A DNA stretch of 56,735 nucleotides, taken from positions 63,656,288 through 63,713,022 of the forward strand of contig NC_068984.1 in NCBI RefSeq assembly GCF_001194135.2, given 5' to 3'. The position numbers and the translations under genes were made by a program. The DNA is from Octopus bimaculoides (Eukaryota). The notes under the pieces are model-generated. The model saw only the letters and a program-made list of their open reading frames with translations. It was not told where the DNA came from and made no database searches. Positions 1 through 12,547 of this stretch are shown in pieces. Each line of letters begins with the position of its first letter. Position 1 is the first letter of the stretch.

Positions 1-206
1 AATAATGGAAGAGTAGTTTACGTTTTTAGCCTACGCTCTTCGACAGAAAGGATTAAGAGGTAAAACATGGAAAGAGAAGTAAAAACCGAGAGAGAAAAAC
101 ATGTGCTGAGATCAACAGTCCAACATGGTGATATGATTGGGAAAAAAAAAAAAAATAATAATAATAATAGAGTCAAAATTAAAAGAAGAGTGCCAATGTT
201 ATCTAA

Positions 207-247
207 TGAACGATATTTCGACATCTTGTGTATCTTCAACTGGTTCA
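207..247 (-). ncRNA. Decayed minimal type I hammerhead ribozyme (family A)
   Basis: Minus strand reads TGAAC-CAGTTGA-A-GATA-cacaaga-TGTC-GAAA-TA-TC-GTTCA. Stem I TGAAC/GTTCA, palindromic AUAU stem III, AUC site. Core CUGAUGA is mutated to CAGUUGA. Confidence 0.5.
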
Positions 248-474
248 AAAAATATATTTGTCAATCTACTTCATTTTGGTGAATATAGAAAGGATTGAAG
301 TAACTCCTCCTGAAGATATAGAGTCAAAATTAAAAGAAGTGTGCCATTGTCGAACTATCGTTCACTAGATAACAATGGCACACTTCTTTTAATTTTAATT
401 CTATATCTTCAGGAGGAATTACCTCAATCCTTTTTATATTAACCAAAATGTAGTAGATTGACAAATTTATTCTT

Positions 475-515
475 TGAACCCGTTGAAGACACACAAGATG
501 TCGAAATATCGTTCA
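475..515 (+). ncRNA. Decayed minimal type I hammerhead ribozyme (family A)
   Basis: TGAAC-CCGTTGA-A-GACA-cacaaga-TGTC-GAAA-TA-TC-GTTCA. Stems I and II are perfect; the core has 2 substitutions. Confidence 0.55.
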
Positions 516-1692
516 GTAAATAACATTACAAGAGGTGACGTGATAGAGATGGTGATGGGTACCAGTGAGGATGGTGGTGTTGGAGAGTTAGGGACGGGTG
601 CGACAGAGTGGAAGACAGCAGGGGAAGGAGCCAGGCCAAGAGGCAACTGTAGAGAAAATACCGTGGACCAGGAGGTCACGCAGTTTTTGGGCTCATTTGA
701 AGAAAGCAGGGATAGGTTGGGGAAGAGATGCGATGGTTAGGATCGGACTGGAGTCGCTGGAAGGCTCGGAGAATGAGACGCTGGAGGAGCAGTGTGGAGA
801 AGTGGTAGGAGAGGGGGAAATGGGTGACGGGTAAGTCTGGCGGGTGCATGGAGAAAGAGGAGAGGCACGGTCCACGGATCATCTCCGGGCAATGGTAGTG
901 TGGATAATGGTGAGGGGATATCCACGTAGGATGAAGGGGTGAACCATGAGTTGAGACTGAGTCTCAAAGTCGTAGTCGTCACTGCGTAGACGGAGGAATT
1001 GAGAGTATGGAGTGGAGAGCTAAATGTGAGTAGGGTGGGAAGAAGTAAAGTTAAGGTAAGAGTATGAGTCAGTGTGTTTGTAGTGGATAGAGGTGTTGAG
1101 AGTGGGTGGTGTATGCTGACACAAATCTCAAGAAATTCAATGGAAGAGTTAGAGATAGAGAAGGAGTATTCAAGGGTAGGATAGATAGATATGGCAAAGG
1201 AGAGGAAGGAGTCCGGATACTCGTGGGAGAGTGAGGTCGTGCCGATTCAGACCGTATATCTTAGGAGTGGGAACAGCTTCGTATATTTGGGGCCCATTCT
1301 TGTTCCCATGGCGACACGCGAGATTTGTTGGTAAAACTACCCCGTGAACAAAAAACTGTTGAGGGAGAGGATATGTTCGGCTAAATGAAGAAGTGTAGGA
1401 GTGTCAGGTTGAGGGTCTGGCCGAAGGCTAAGGGTCTGGCCGAAGTGTTTAAGTGCAAGAAGGCCTTCGTTGTGTGGGATCACTGTATACACAGATTTAA
1501 TGTCGAGAGTAAACAGAAGTTAAGAGGGTCCAGAAGGGAAGCAGAAAGAGTTCAACAGACGGAGAGCATGGTTGGTGTTGTGAATGTGCGAAAGGATGGA
1601 AACCACCAGGGGAGCAAGGATATGGTCGAGGTATTTGGAGATCAATTCAGTGGGGAAGTTGCAGGCGGAGACGATAGAGCGGCGAGAGTTAG
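516..1692 (-). mobile_element. Penelope-like element, degraded RT plus start of GIY-YIG region
   Basis: Minus-strand translation gives RSIVSACNFPTELI, LLFTLDIKSVYTV, QQISRVAMGTRMGPKYTKLF, HYKHTDSYSYLNFTSSHPTH, PYSQFLRLR, KLRDLLVH, PGSFPCCLPLCRT and SCNVIY, all PLE RT/linker/EN motifs. It contains stops and frameshifts, and YIDD is destroyed. Confidence 0.9.
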
Positions 1693-1694
1693 AA

Positions 1695-1805
1695 ATAGAT
1701 ATAGATATAGGTATAGACAGATAGATAGAGAGAGAGAAACAGACAGACAGACACGCAGTCTAACAGAAAGACAGACAGACAGACAGACAGACGGACAAAC
1801 AGATA
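1695..1805. repeat. (GATA)/(GA)/(GACA)n compound microsatellite
   Basis: Directly visible. Confidence 0.9.
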
Positions 1806-2774
1806 CAGTGATAGAGTTTGATAATTCATTTAAACTTGAATGTGTTTCATTTTATATAGTTCTTTGTTAATACCTTTGCCCGAAAATATATTTTTGCTAA
1901 AATAACAAGATATCTCTTCATATATTCAGTAGAATACCTCATATCTGTAGGTTAGTCTTAAATCATAATTTCAAAGTTAATTTCAGTGATTGTAAGAATA
2001 TTGGGAATGTCGTTTGCAAGCAAATTAATCGTATTTATCATAAGGATCAACTGCTATTTCCCTTTGGTCACTGGTTTGAAGACCACAGTACACAGTCTAA
2101 CAAAAATTGCAAAATTTCATAGAAGTCTCATTCATGTGTATGAACGCATATTTGTTATGTGCACGTGCGCTCACAAGCTCATACATATATACGTGCTTAT
2201 GACTATGTAACGGTCCTCATATATACATCATTTATATATTACTCGAATTCAATTTTCACCTTAGGCTTTAATTAACTTACCTTTGTATCGTTTATCAGCG
2301 ATACAAATTCAATAATAATGACACTAATTGATAGAAAATTGAGCTACCTGAACTTATTTGGTCTAAATGAAACTAGAACGTAAGGATGTTGTGAGTCAAG
2401 ATATAATTTTAACTAAATACATATTATTTCATGTAAATGTTTCGTGAAATCTCGTTTTGTTTAGCGTAAAAGGAATTATATTTTATAGGGATAGAAGGGT
2501 ACACAAGTTTCGTTATGTTTGTATGACGTGAAGATTCAATCATTTATATGGTAGATAAGAGCAAATTTCTCAAATAGCTTTACTCTGCGTGGTTTAGAAC
2601 TTTGTTACTATGACAACAGACCTGATACTCATTGATCAGACCTTATATATATGTGCACACACACATATATATATATATATATATACCTGTGTATATACTT
2701 ATGTATATATGTGTGTGTATGGGTGCGTTTCTATAGATATACATACGTACAACACATTCACACATATATATATA

Positions 2775-3638
2775 TTGGTTCATCCCATAAATAATGCAAT
2801 TTTTTTCAATTGCATGACTTAAAGGTCGGAAGGGGAGGGGATAAACTACTGCATAAACTTGCTATAAAAGGTAGTAATTTTATCTTGAATTTATTATTTG
2901 TGCAATTTTTGAAGAGTGCAGTTCGATTTTTAAAATTATTTTTTAAAGCTATAATGGTAGTAACAAAGGCCTATTTTGCTTTATGAGTTCAATAAAGGCA
3001 ACAGCGCCAGGGAATTGCGAGGAATATTAATGCAGTATATGGGAGTCGGATAATAAGCGTAAGCAAATGTCAACGGTGGTTCTAGAAATTCCGAGCCGGG
3101 AGCTACAGCCTAGAAGACGAGCTCAGACCTGGAAGATCTATGGAGGTCGACGAGGACGCCTGCAAACCCTGGTGGAACAAAATCCCATCCTAACCGTTAA
3201 GAAACTAGCAGAGAAGCTTGGATTTGGTCATTTGACCATTCATCGGTACCAGCGCTAGAAAAAAAAGAAGAAAAATAACATCTTTAATTTTAAGACGAGG
3301 ATGACATTCAAAAGGCAGGAGCAGTTTGAACGGGAAACAATGCCCCAGCCACCATATTCATCAGACATTACCCCATCTGATTATCATTTATTCTGCGATC
3401 TTCAAAGTCATTTGGACAGAAAAAATAGGAATTTTGTAGACAAGGTCAGAACAGAACTGGAGGATTATTTTTCGTCACGAACAAGTGAATTTTGGAAGAG
3501 GAGCCTTGCAAGTCTACCAGATGGATGGCAGGGCATTGTAGAAGATGAAGTAAAGTATATTTCAGATTACAAAGAACTTTACCTTCATTCTGAAAGAAGA
3601 AGACATAAAAAACCGCATTATTTATGGGCTAACTTAAA
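2775..3638 (+). mobile_element. Mariner (Tc1/mariner) transposon, internally deleted, both TIRs present
   Basis: Left TIR ttggttcatCCCATAAATAATGC follows a TA run; right TIR GCATTATTTATGGG starts at 3615. Peptides LYEFNKGNSA, CQRWF*KFRAGSYSLEDELRPGRS and PQPPYSSDITPSDYHLF (YSPDLAPSDYHLF motif). Homologous to 28985-30118. Confidence 0.92.
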
Positions 3639-4359
3639 TTTGTACGCACACTTATAAAGGGATACCCACAAAGACGCTCACATACATACAAACCACCCAC
3701 CCACACCCACACACATATATACATACATTCGTATATATATATATATGAATATATATNNNNNNNNNNNNNNNNNNNNNNNNNNNNNNNNNNNNNNNNNNNN
3801 NNNNNNNNNNNNNNNNNNNNNNNNNNNNNNNNNNNNNNNNNNNNNNNNNNNNNNNNNNNNNNNNNNNNNNNNNNNNNNNNNNNNNNNNNNNNNNNNNNNN
3901 NNNNNNNNNNNNNNNNNNNNNNNNNNNNNNNNNNNNNNNNNNNNNNNNNNNNNNNNNNNNNNNNNNNNNNNNNNNNNNNNNNNNNNNNNNNNNNNNNNNN
4001 NNNNNNNNNNNNNNNNNNNNNNNNNNNNNNNNNNNNNNNNNNNNNNNNNNNNNNNNNNNNNNNNNNNNNNNNNNNNNNNNNNNNNNNNNNNNNNNNNNNN
4101 NNNNNNNNNNNNNNNNNNNNNNNNNNNNNNNNNNNNNNNNNNNNNNNNNNNNNNNNNNNNNNNNNNNNNNNNNNNNNNNNNNNNNNNNNNNNNNNNNNNN
4201 NNNNNAACTTTACCTTCATTCTGAAAGAAGAAGACATAAAAAACCGCATTATTTATGGGCTAACTTAAATTTGTACGCACACTTATAAAGGGATACCCAC
4301 AAAGACGCTCACATACATACAAACCACCCACCCACACCCACACACATATATACATACAT
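3575..4359. repeat. 154-bp identical direct duplication flanking a gap (3575-3728 = 4206-4359); probable assembly artefact
   Basis: The copies are identical by eye and the second starts exactly at the gap edge. Confidence 0.8.
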
Positions 4360-6489
4360 ACCCATCTAGAGGGGGAACGAGACAAGGTGAGAAGGCAACG
4401 AGCGAATTTAACTGTTAGTCTATCATCTAGTCTACTATCTATTCGTGTATTTATTTCCAGCCCACATTAATCTTATGTTCGTTTTCTAAACGTGACTCCA
4501 TTAAATGCAATTGTAAAATTTTACTACTTTCATATGGAGAATTATTTCCTGCAAGAACTGTTCTCGTACATAATGACACTGTAGATAAAGTGTGAATATG
4601 TATGTATGGGAATAGTTCACACAAGTATATGCAGTTATACACGCATACACATATACACACTCATACACACACACACATTTATTCAGTAAATAGCACTACA
4701 TGAAAAATATCTTATTTCTTAAATACTATATGGTCAGTGATAAAATGGCTTTGGACACTGAAATAAAATATAACTAAACTCATTAAATATTGTGATATGC
4801 ATTGCAAACATTTCATTATTCCCCAACACTTGCTTCTAAAAACGACTAAATATATCTACTTAGAAGCAAAAAATAAGCGTATATCAGAAGACATAGAAGA
4901 TTCAATGCATGAAGTATGAAGACTGCATCATATATTAAGGGCAATTTTGAAAGTACTCAACTAATCTGATAAATTTTTGTATGAAGAAAACACGGAATGT
5001 TGACGGATTTATTAAATATGCATTGAATAAAAGTTGTCACGTGGATTTATCAGTGGTGTTTATGATTTCATTTTTCAGTAAAATGAATACAGACTTAAGT
5101 GATTGAGTCACTTAAGCGACGTCTCAAACTATGCCACACTATCAAGAGGAGAAGAAAAACTAATAAAAATAATTCACTTGAAATTACTTATATTAGATAC
5201 AAAGAGCGAAATTTAAAAAGAAAAATAAATTCGTACATAAACAGCAATAAATGGCTTATAATAACGTTAATTTGGAAATCAGAGATTCGGTTAGAAAGCA
5301 AATGAAACGTTTGTGGTTAGCAAGTTATTAAATTTAAAAGATTTGCTAAGACATCTGCACTTATAAATCACAATTGTTTATCATTAATTTTCGCTTCTTC
5401 ATTTTTGTATACAAAATAAATTTCATCACAGTGATCTTCGGGGAGTATTATTTACTCTTGCTGCAGTTCTATAACGTTTAGATTATCATCAGAAGTTAGC
5501 ATTACAAATACTAGTTTAATGAAATCATGCTCAGATTAGTTTATGGAAATTCGTTTAATAAATTTGAAATGCTTTATCTATACTATATATAAAACAGAGA
5601 TGTGTGTGTAATCGCTTTTCACGTGAAATCGACTTCACCAAATGCTTCCATACTTGTGATGCGTGAATAATTTGACCTCGGATAAATCTTAGGCTCTTCA
5701 TTTGATTTTTTTAATTAAAAATAAATGATATTGCTTTATATTTAAGATTCACTTCTTTAAAAAGGTTCCTCAATGTCAACTTCCGGTATTGACGTAACAA
5801 CGGCAAAAAAGCTTCACTCTCTATTTTGTGTGTTCGTGTGTGTGTTCGTGTGTATGAGAGGGAGAGAGAGAGAGAGTAAATACTACACACACACCGCTNN
5901 NNNNNNNNNNNNNNNNNNNNNNNNNNNNNNNNNNNNNNNNNNNNNNNNNNNNNNNNNNNNNNNNNNNNNNNNNNNNNNNNNNNNNNNNNNNNNNNNNNNN
6001 NNNNNNNNNNNNNNNNNNNNNNNNNNNNNNNNNNNNNNNNNNNNNNNNNNNNNNNNNNNNNNNNNNNNNNNNNNNNNNNNNNNNNNNNNNNNNNNNNNNN
6101 NNNNNNNNNNNNNNNNNNNNNNNNNNNNNNNNNNNNNNNNNNNNNNNNNNNNNNNNNNNNNNNNNNNNNNNNNNNNNNNNNNNNNNNNNNNNNNNNNNNN
6201 NNNNNNNNNNNNNNNNNNNNNNNNNNNNNNNNNNNNNNNNNNNNNNNNNNNNNNNNNNNNNNNNNNNNNNNNNNNNNNNNNNNNNNNNNNNNNNNNNNNN
6301 NNNNNNNNNNNNNNNNNNNNNNNNNNNNNNNNNNNNNNNNNNNNNNNNNNNNNNNNNNNNNNNNNNNNNNNNNNNNNNNNNNNNNNNNNNNNNNNNNNNN
6401 NNNNNNNNNNNNNNNNNNNNNNNNNNNNNNNNNNNNNNNNNNNNNNNNNNNNNNNNNNNNNNNNNNNNNNNNNNNNNNNNCGTAAAATT

Positions 6490-6600
6490 TTCCAAGTATC
6501 AATGAGGCTTTTTGGCACATCTTCAATTTTCCCCATTCATGAGTGGCGCCCAGCCATCATTCATCTGAGAGTCCATCTACAGAATGTCCTCAAATTTCTA
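6490..6600 (+). mobile_element. Possible Helitron Rep fragment
   Basis: RLFG..FPIHEWRPAIIHLRVHLQN resembles the Helitron WRIF.FPIH.R.PAV..L.VHL motif. The match is short. Confidence 0.3.
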
Positions 6601-6989
6601 TACAGCATATTTTGCCTTTTTTTCTTCAAGTATATAAGCAACAATTTCATTCCCGAGCAACACCGGGTGCCTCTGCTAGTTCTTTATAAAAAGCACTTGG
6701 CTCTAACACAGAGGGGATATTACACGGACAAACACAATACCATAGAGGGGACAATAACATAAAATGGATGAAATGAAATGTATAAAGTGTGTAAAATTAA
6801 CCATAATGAAATGGATGCATTGAGCCCCACTCTCAAGCAGTGCTATTTTAACCGTTTTTAAATGTGTTTACATACAGTTTTTAATCGTTTTCTTTTGCCA
6901 CTTTTTCTCTCTATTAGCATCATATTTATATTCTATTGTTTTAACATTTACTTTTTTGAAGTTATTAAAGGTTCTAATACATTGTATTC

Positions 6990-7290
6990 CACAACTAATG
7001 GCAGTTCATCAAATTCTACTTTTGCACCCAGTGAGCCAATTTCGTTTCCAAACAAATCCCTCAGCGTGTTACATATATCTTCTTGTTCATTAAAACTTCT
7101 TCAACGCTATCAGTCTATCTCTCCGTTGGCCACTTCACCCTGATAATTTTTGCATATTTCGCTATTCTTCTTTCGGCAGCCGTACACTTAGCATAAGTTA
7201 CCATATGCCACCTAAACCTCTTCTGTTTCTCACTTGTTCGTTCTTGTGACGCACCTGTATTGTCCTTGAAACATGTACAAAGATTTATCA
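6990..7290 (-). mobile_element. Degraded 3' end of an RTE-like LINE RT
   Basis: Frameshifted VRNRR-FRWH-GNL...WPTER*TDSVEEVL resembles the RTE C-terminus (RRLRWYGH...GRP..RW.D.V..DL). Confidence 0.4.
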
Positions 7291-9916
7291 TAAACTCCTA
7301 GTATATCTGATTAAACACAACGATTTAACAATATCTGTTATACACTTCTGTATTAAACCAGGAAGAAGCTGTTCCTTTTAATTATTTATATTCTAGTGTA
7401 ATAATTCCGTGTTCATAAGTTATATACTGTGCAGTATGTAACACTTGGTGGGTGAAGATTCATTTATATATCACGAAGATTTGTCCGCAGAATGACCACT
7501 GTGCCACAACCAGTAATACCACAGTGTTACAAATTCGTAGTAAGTCAAAGAGTGGCGATGATGGAAGAATTAAAGTTGGCATCAAGAGGATTCTGCTATT
7601 TTGGTTCAGTTTTTATTCTATAGGAGCAAATAAAGTATGGAGTTCATTTGTTCCTACTTATTATTTCTGCTAATTTAGTGCATATATTGTATTTATGCTT
7701 TACATTTTGCATTAAATATTTATGAATAATATAATCGCTTTTGAGAATGCATTACTAAAAGATTAATACATTCATATAATATTATCAATAACAAATTGTT
7801 GGAAAATCAAAGACTACTAAGTACACTGTAATAAATATTTTGTATGATTGTGTTAAATATTTGACTTAACCAGTAATCCAAGTGCTTATATTTTTGATCA
7901 GCATATTACAAGCTAAATGCCATATGACAATCTATTATAAATACTGTGATAAAATTAAATAAAAATATTGAGGTTCAATAAGTTCACGCCTTTAAGAGAA
8001 GAATAATGTTTCCATTATTCGTGCGAAATATCAGGAAATAATTTGTTTTGTATAATTCATTGCTGAAAGGAAAACGAGAGATACAATGTAATGCTTTAAC
8101 AATAAACCTGCAAAACATAAATTGTAATTTGAAATAGTTATTACTTGCTTATTAAACCTTAATTTAGGGAATACAATGTTGCCTAGAGGGACGAGGCAGT
8201 ACAAAACGTAAGTTCATTTCTATTAGATATGTTTAGACCTTTTACCACATGATATTTTCCGTTTGTATCTTTTATTCTAAAATAACGTATGTGAAGATTC
8301 GAATCAATGGGGATACAATCAACTGGCCTAGGTGAAAAGATACGCTAAGTTGGAGTCTCTATAATATAAATGAAATTTTAATGTTAATGCATTGAATTTG
8401 CGTCTATATTAAGTTGGTTTCATGAGATTTTATTCTCATTTGGAAATTATTAAGTGTCTATTGATAGAATATTCCGTGCATGATATAAGTACGATGAATC
8501 AAATGTAATCGTACTAATCTCCATAAGAATTTTCAACCTAATTTAAGATTTGGTGCTCATTAAACTAAAATTACGAAATCGGCATCAGACACAAAAAACA
8601 CTGGCGCATATAGACATACACCCACGCACACACACATACACACACAAATATATTTATGTACGTATGTACGCATTTATATATGCGTAAGTGTGTGTGTGTC
8701 TGCACGTGCATGTGTGTGTGTGTGTGCGCGCGTGATAATGCAGAGTATACGTATGGGATTTCTGTGCGATTTCTTCATATTTATATATTTATGTATAATA
8801 ATGTACAGTTTATACACGCTCACAGACATACGCACACACACATCTATATTCATATATATATGTATATATATATATANNNNNNNNNNNNNNNNNNNNNNNN
8901 NNNNNNNNNNNNNNNNNNNNNNNNNNNNNNNNNNNNNNNNNNNNNNNNNNNNNNNNNNNNNNNNNNNNNNNNNNNNNNNNNNNNNNNNNNNNNNNNNNNN
9001 NNNNNNNNNNNNNNNNNNNNNNNNNNNNNNNNNNNNNNNNNNNNNNNNNNNNNNNNNNNNNNNNNNNNNNNNNNNNNNNNNNNNNNNNNNNNNNNNNNNN
9101 NNNNNNNNNNNNNNNNNNNNNNNNNNNNNNNNNNNNNNNNNNNNNNNNNNNNNNNNNNNNNNNNNNNNNNNNNNNNNNNNNNNNNNNNNNNNNNNNNNNN
9201 NNNNNNNNNNNNNNNNNNNNNNNNNNNNNNNNNNNNNNNNNNNNNNNNNNNNNNNNNNNNNNNNNNNNNNNNNNNNNNNNNNNNNNNNNNNNNNNNNNNN
9301 NNNNNNNNNNNNNNNNNNNNNNNNNNNNNNNNNNNNNNNNNNNNNNNNNNNNNNNNNNNNNNNNNNNNNNNNNNNNNNNNNNNNNNNNNNNNNNNNNNNN
9401 NNNNNNNNNNNNNNNNNNNNNNNNNNNNNNNNNNNNNNNNNNNNNNNNNNNNNNNNNNNNNNNNNNNNNNNNNNNNNNNNNNNNNNNNNNNNNNNNNNNN
9501 NNNNNNNNNNNNNNNNNNNNNNNNNNNNNNNNNNNNNNNNNNNNNNNNNNNNNNNNNNNNNNNNNNNNNNNNNNNNNNNNNNNNNNNNNNNNNNNNNNNN
9601 NNNNNNNNNNNNNNNNNNNNNNNNNNNNNNNNNNNNNNNNNNNNNNNNNNNNNNNNNNNNNNNNNNNNNNNNNNNNNNNNNNNNNNNNNNNNNNNNNNNN
9701 NNNNNNNNNNNNNNNNNNNNNNNNNNNNNNNNNNNNNNNNNNNNNNNNNNNNNNNNNNNNNNNNNNNNNNNNNNNNNNNNNNNNNNNNNNNNNNNNNNNN
9801 NNNNNNNNNNNNNNNNNNNNNNNNNNNNNNNNNNNNNATATATATATACATATATATATATATGTGTGCGACTGTGTGTTTGTGTGCGTGTCTATTTGTG
9901 TGTTTATTTGTGTGTG

Positions 9917-9956
<40 letters not shown>

Positions 9957-10742
9957 GGTGTGTGTGTGTGTAACACACTCAATGTATTTGTATTATATCT
10001 CTAACAATCTGACTACTTGACAGAAATTGATTATCAGTCTTCAATCGGTAGGAAACCAAAAACTGGATGATAAATTAAAGAAACTTAATGGAAATTCCTT
10101 GAAAAGTGGCATCCTCGAGTAACCCATTAAGAATATGGAACCTTTGTGTACTGAGAAGACATTGCCAAATTATTCTTGCTAATATATTTCTCAAACAAGA
10201 ATGCTTAACCATCAACTACTTGCTGTCATAGGAAGTATATTCCCGTGACATGATCCCCCTTAGAACTCTTATGAAATTATTGTCCAACGATTAAAATGTA
10301 CGTTGATATTAAATGCTGTGTTCGTTCAAGCGATTATAATGCGTAATATATTCTGCCCAGTAGGCCAGTTGAAGCTGTGATTTACACATGGCCTGTTGTT
10401 ATACTTTTTACTATATTGCTCTTAACCCTCCAATAACAGCCGTCTGATGTGGAATGCAGGTTCGAGCCAGAAGCGATTAAAGACATGAACTACAAGAGCA
10501 ATGATGTATCTGTCTCACTTTAGCAATTTATAATGTCTCCTACGAAGTCGTTAAGTACAGCTCAAAATGGATCATTATGAAAGAAATATATACAAGTGTG
10601 ATTTAGAGCTCTCGAACACTTGCCTAACAATAATCAGTTAATCTGCCTCTCTCTCTCTCTCCCTCTCTTTCTCCTCCATCCCTCTCTCCCTCTCCTTGTC
10701 TCGCACTCATTCTTTAACCATTCTTTTTCTCTGAGGAATTTC

Positions 10743-11016
10743 AACCATGTTTCGTGGTCTGCCACCGCAACAGCTCCTTTATAGGATCCAGTTAGCTCAA
10801 GACATCATCAGGAGGAATCACGTCCGATTTTGGCCCCTACTCCTCTACTGTTTTGACGTGGCGGGGCCACCCCCTTTCGGAGGTGTCTTCAGCTCTGGTG
10901 TTGGATGCATGTCTTCTTTCACTGTTTGTGACTGTTCTAATTCAACTGTGGAATGTCCCTCGCTATGGTTATTTTCCAGGAGGTTCTGGCCACACGTCTT
11001 ACGGTTCATCAACCCG
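10743..11016 (-). mobile_element. Putative PLE 3' end/pLTR with truncated HHR-like core
   Basis: GC-richer segment whose minus strand has exact CTGATGA (10805-10811) and CGAAAC (10749-10754) around a long stem II. The 3' strand of stem I is missing. Confidence 0.35.
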
Positions 11017-11930
11017 NNNNNNNNNNNNNNNNNNNNNNNNNNNNNNNNNNNNNNNNNNNNNNNNNNNNNNNNNNNNNNNNNNNNNNNNNNNNNNNNNNNN
11101 NNNNNNNNNNNNNNNNNNNNNNNNNNNNNNNNNNNNNNNNNNNNNNNNNNNNNNNNNNNNNNNNNNNNNNNNNNNNNNNNNNNNNNNNNNNNNNNNNNNN
11201 NNNNNNNNNNNNNNNNNNNNNNNNNNNNNNNNNNNNNNNNNNNNNNNNNNNNNNNNNNNNNNNNNNNNNNNNNNNNNNNNNNNNNNNNNNNNNNNNNNNN
11301 NNNNNNNNNNNNNNNNNNNNNNNNNNNNNNNNNNNNNNNNNNNNNNNNNNNNNNNNNNNNNNNNNNNNNNNNNNNNNNNNNNNNNNNNNNNNNNNNNNNN
11401 NNNNNNNNNNNNNNNNNNNNNNNNNNNNNNNNNNNNNNNNNNNNNNNNNNNNNNNNNNNNNNNNNNNNNNNNNNNNNNNNNNNNNNNNNNNNNNNNNNNN
11501 NNNNNNNNNNNNNNNNNNNNNNNNNNNNNNNNNNNNNNNNNNNNNNNNNNNNNNNNNNNNNNNNNNNNNNNNNNNNNNNNNNNNNNNNNNNNNNNNNNNN
11601 NNNNNNNNNNNNNNNNNNNNNNNNNNNNNNNNNNNNNNNNNNNNNNNNNNNNNNNNNNNNNNNNNNNNNNNNNNNNNNNNNNNNNNNNNNNNNNNNNNNN
11701 NNNNNNNNNNNNNNNNNNNNNNNNNNNNNNNNNNNNNNNNNNNNNNNNNNNNNNNNNNNNNNNNNNNNNNNNNNNNNNNNNNNNNNNNNNNNNNNNNNNN
11801 NNNNNNNNNNNNNNNNNNNNNNNNNNNNNNNNNNNNNNNNNNNNNNNNNNNNNNNNNNNNNNNNNNNNNNNNNNNNNNNNNNNNNNNNNNNNNNNNNNNN
11901 NNNNNNNNNNNNNNNNNNNNNNNNNNNNNN

Positions 11931-11982
<52 letters not shown>

Positions 11983-12095
11983 CACACACACACACACATA
12001 TATAAGAGTGTTGTATTTTGCTTGAAACATCGTGATATCGAAGCATATGGAGAGAAAGGAGACAGCCTCTATCAATGCAATAAGTTTAATAGAAA

Positions 12096-12133
12096 CCTGT
12101 ATATTTCGGGCTCAGAATCCCGTGATCAGAAGC
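12096..12133 (-). ncRNA. Decayed minimal type I hammerhead (family B)
   Basis: GCTT-CTGATCA-C-GGG-attctgag-CCC-GAAA-TA-TA-CAGG. G8 is mutated to C; GAAA is intact. Confidence 0.5.
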
Positions 12134-12414
12134 GAAGAACAATCAAAGGAAAGTCCAGTTGTATAGGATCTGTTACTCCATTTAAATCTTCCAGCGTTTA
12201 TGTAAGAGCAGTAGTCGGTCATTTGTTTTCGAAAGTAGGTGTAAATTGCATATTGGTGTAAACACAACAAGCACCCATCTATAGCTATGAGCTACTCACC
12301 ATTTGTAGTATGACGGCGTAATATTATTAGCTACTGTAGATGCGGTCGCCCTCTAAGTCTTGTTGGTTGACTATTCCACATCTCTTGGATAATATCATAG
12401 GAATCACCGGCTCC

Positions 12415-12452
12415 CCTTCTGAAGATGGGAGTTTGGGCCCAAAGTATAAAGG
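12415..12452 (+). ncRNA. Decayed minimal type I hammerhead (family B)
   Basis: CCTT-CTGAAGA-T-GGG-agtttggg-CCC-AAAG-TA-TA-AAGG. Stem I CCTT/AAGG is perfect and CUGANGA is intact; GAAA is mutated. Confidence 0.55.
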
Positions 12453-12547
12453 TTTGATTAAGCTTATCACATTGTTGGAAGTTGTCTATTTTCTCTCTTT
12501 CACATTCTTCGATATCACAATGCTTCAAGCGAACTACAACGCTCTTA

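Larger units (their letters stand above)
167..515. repeat. Imperfect ~155-bp inverted repeat built from a 151-nt HHR-bearing monomer (PLE pseudo-LTR/retrozyme-like)
   Basis: 197-350 is the reverse complement of 371-525 at roughly 85-90% identity. 'atagagtcaaaattaaaagaag' recurs at 167 and 318 (period 151). Each arm contains a decayed hammerhead motif. Confidence 0.85.
12002..12547. repeat. Diverged inverted pair of PLE pseudo-LTRs (12002-12133 minus; 12415-12547 plus)
   Basis: About 75% identity over ~130 bp in inverted orientation. Both carry the same HHR remnant and lie directly 5' of a PLE ORF. Confidence 0.75.

Noticed and set aside
310-350. Second, opposite-strand hammerhead starting at CTGAAGA (310)
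   Set aside because: There is no matching GAAA/stem III/stem I arrangement.
1385-1870. 161-aa ORF on the plus strand
   Set aside because: It is antisense to the PLE RT and runs into a GATA/GACA microsatellite; not a gene.
5779-5797. Adjacent ETS (ACTTCCGGT) and CRE-like (TGACGTAA) motifs as a promoter
   Set aside because: Short motifs with no gene or CpG-rich context, next to a gap.
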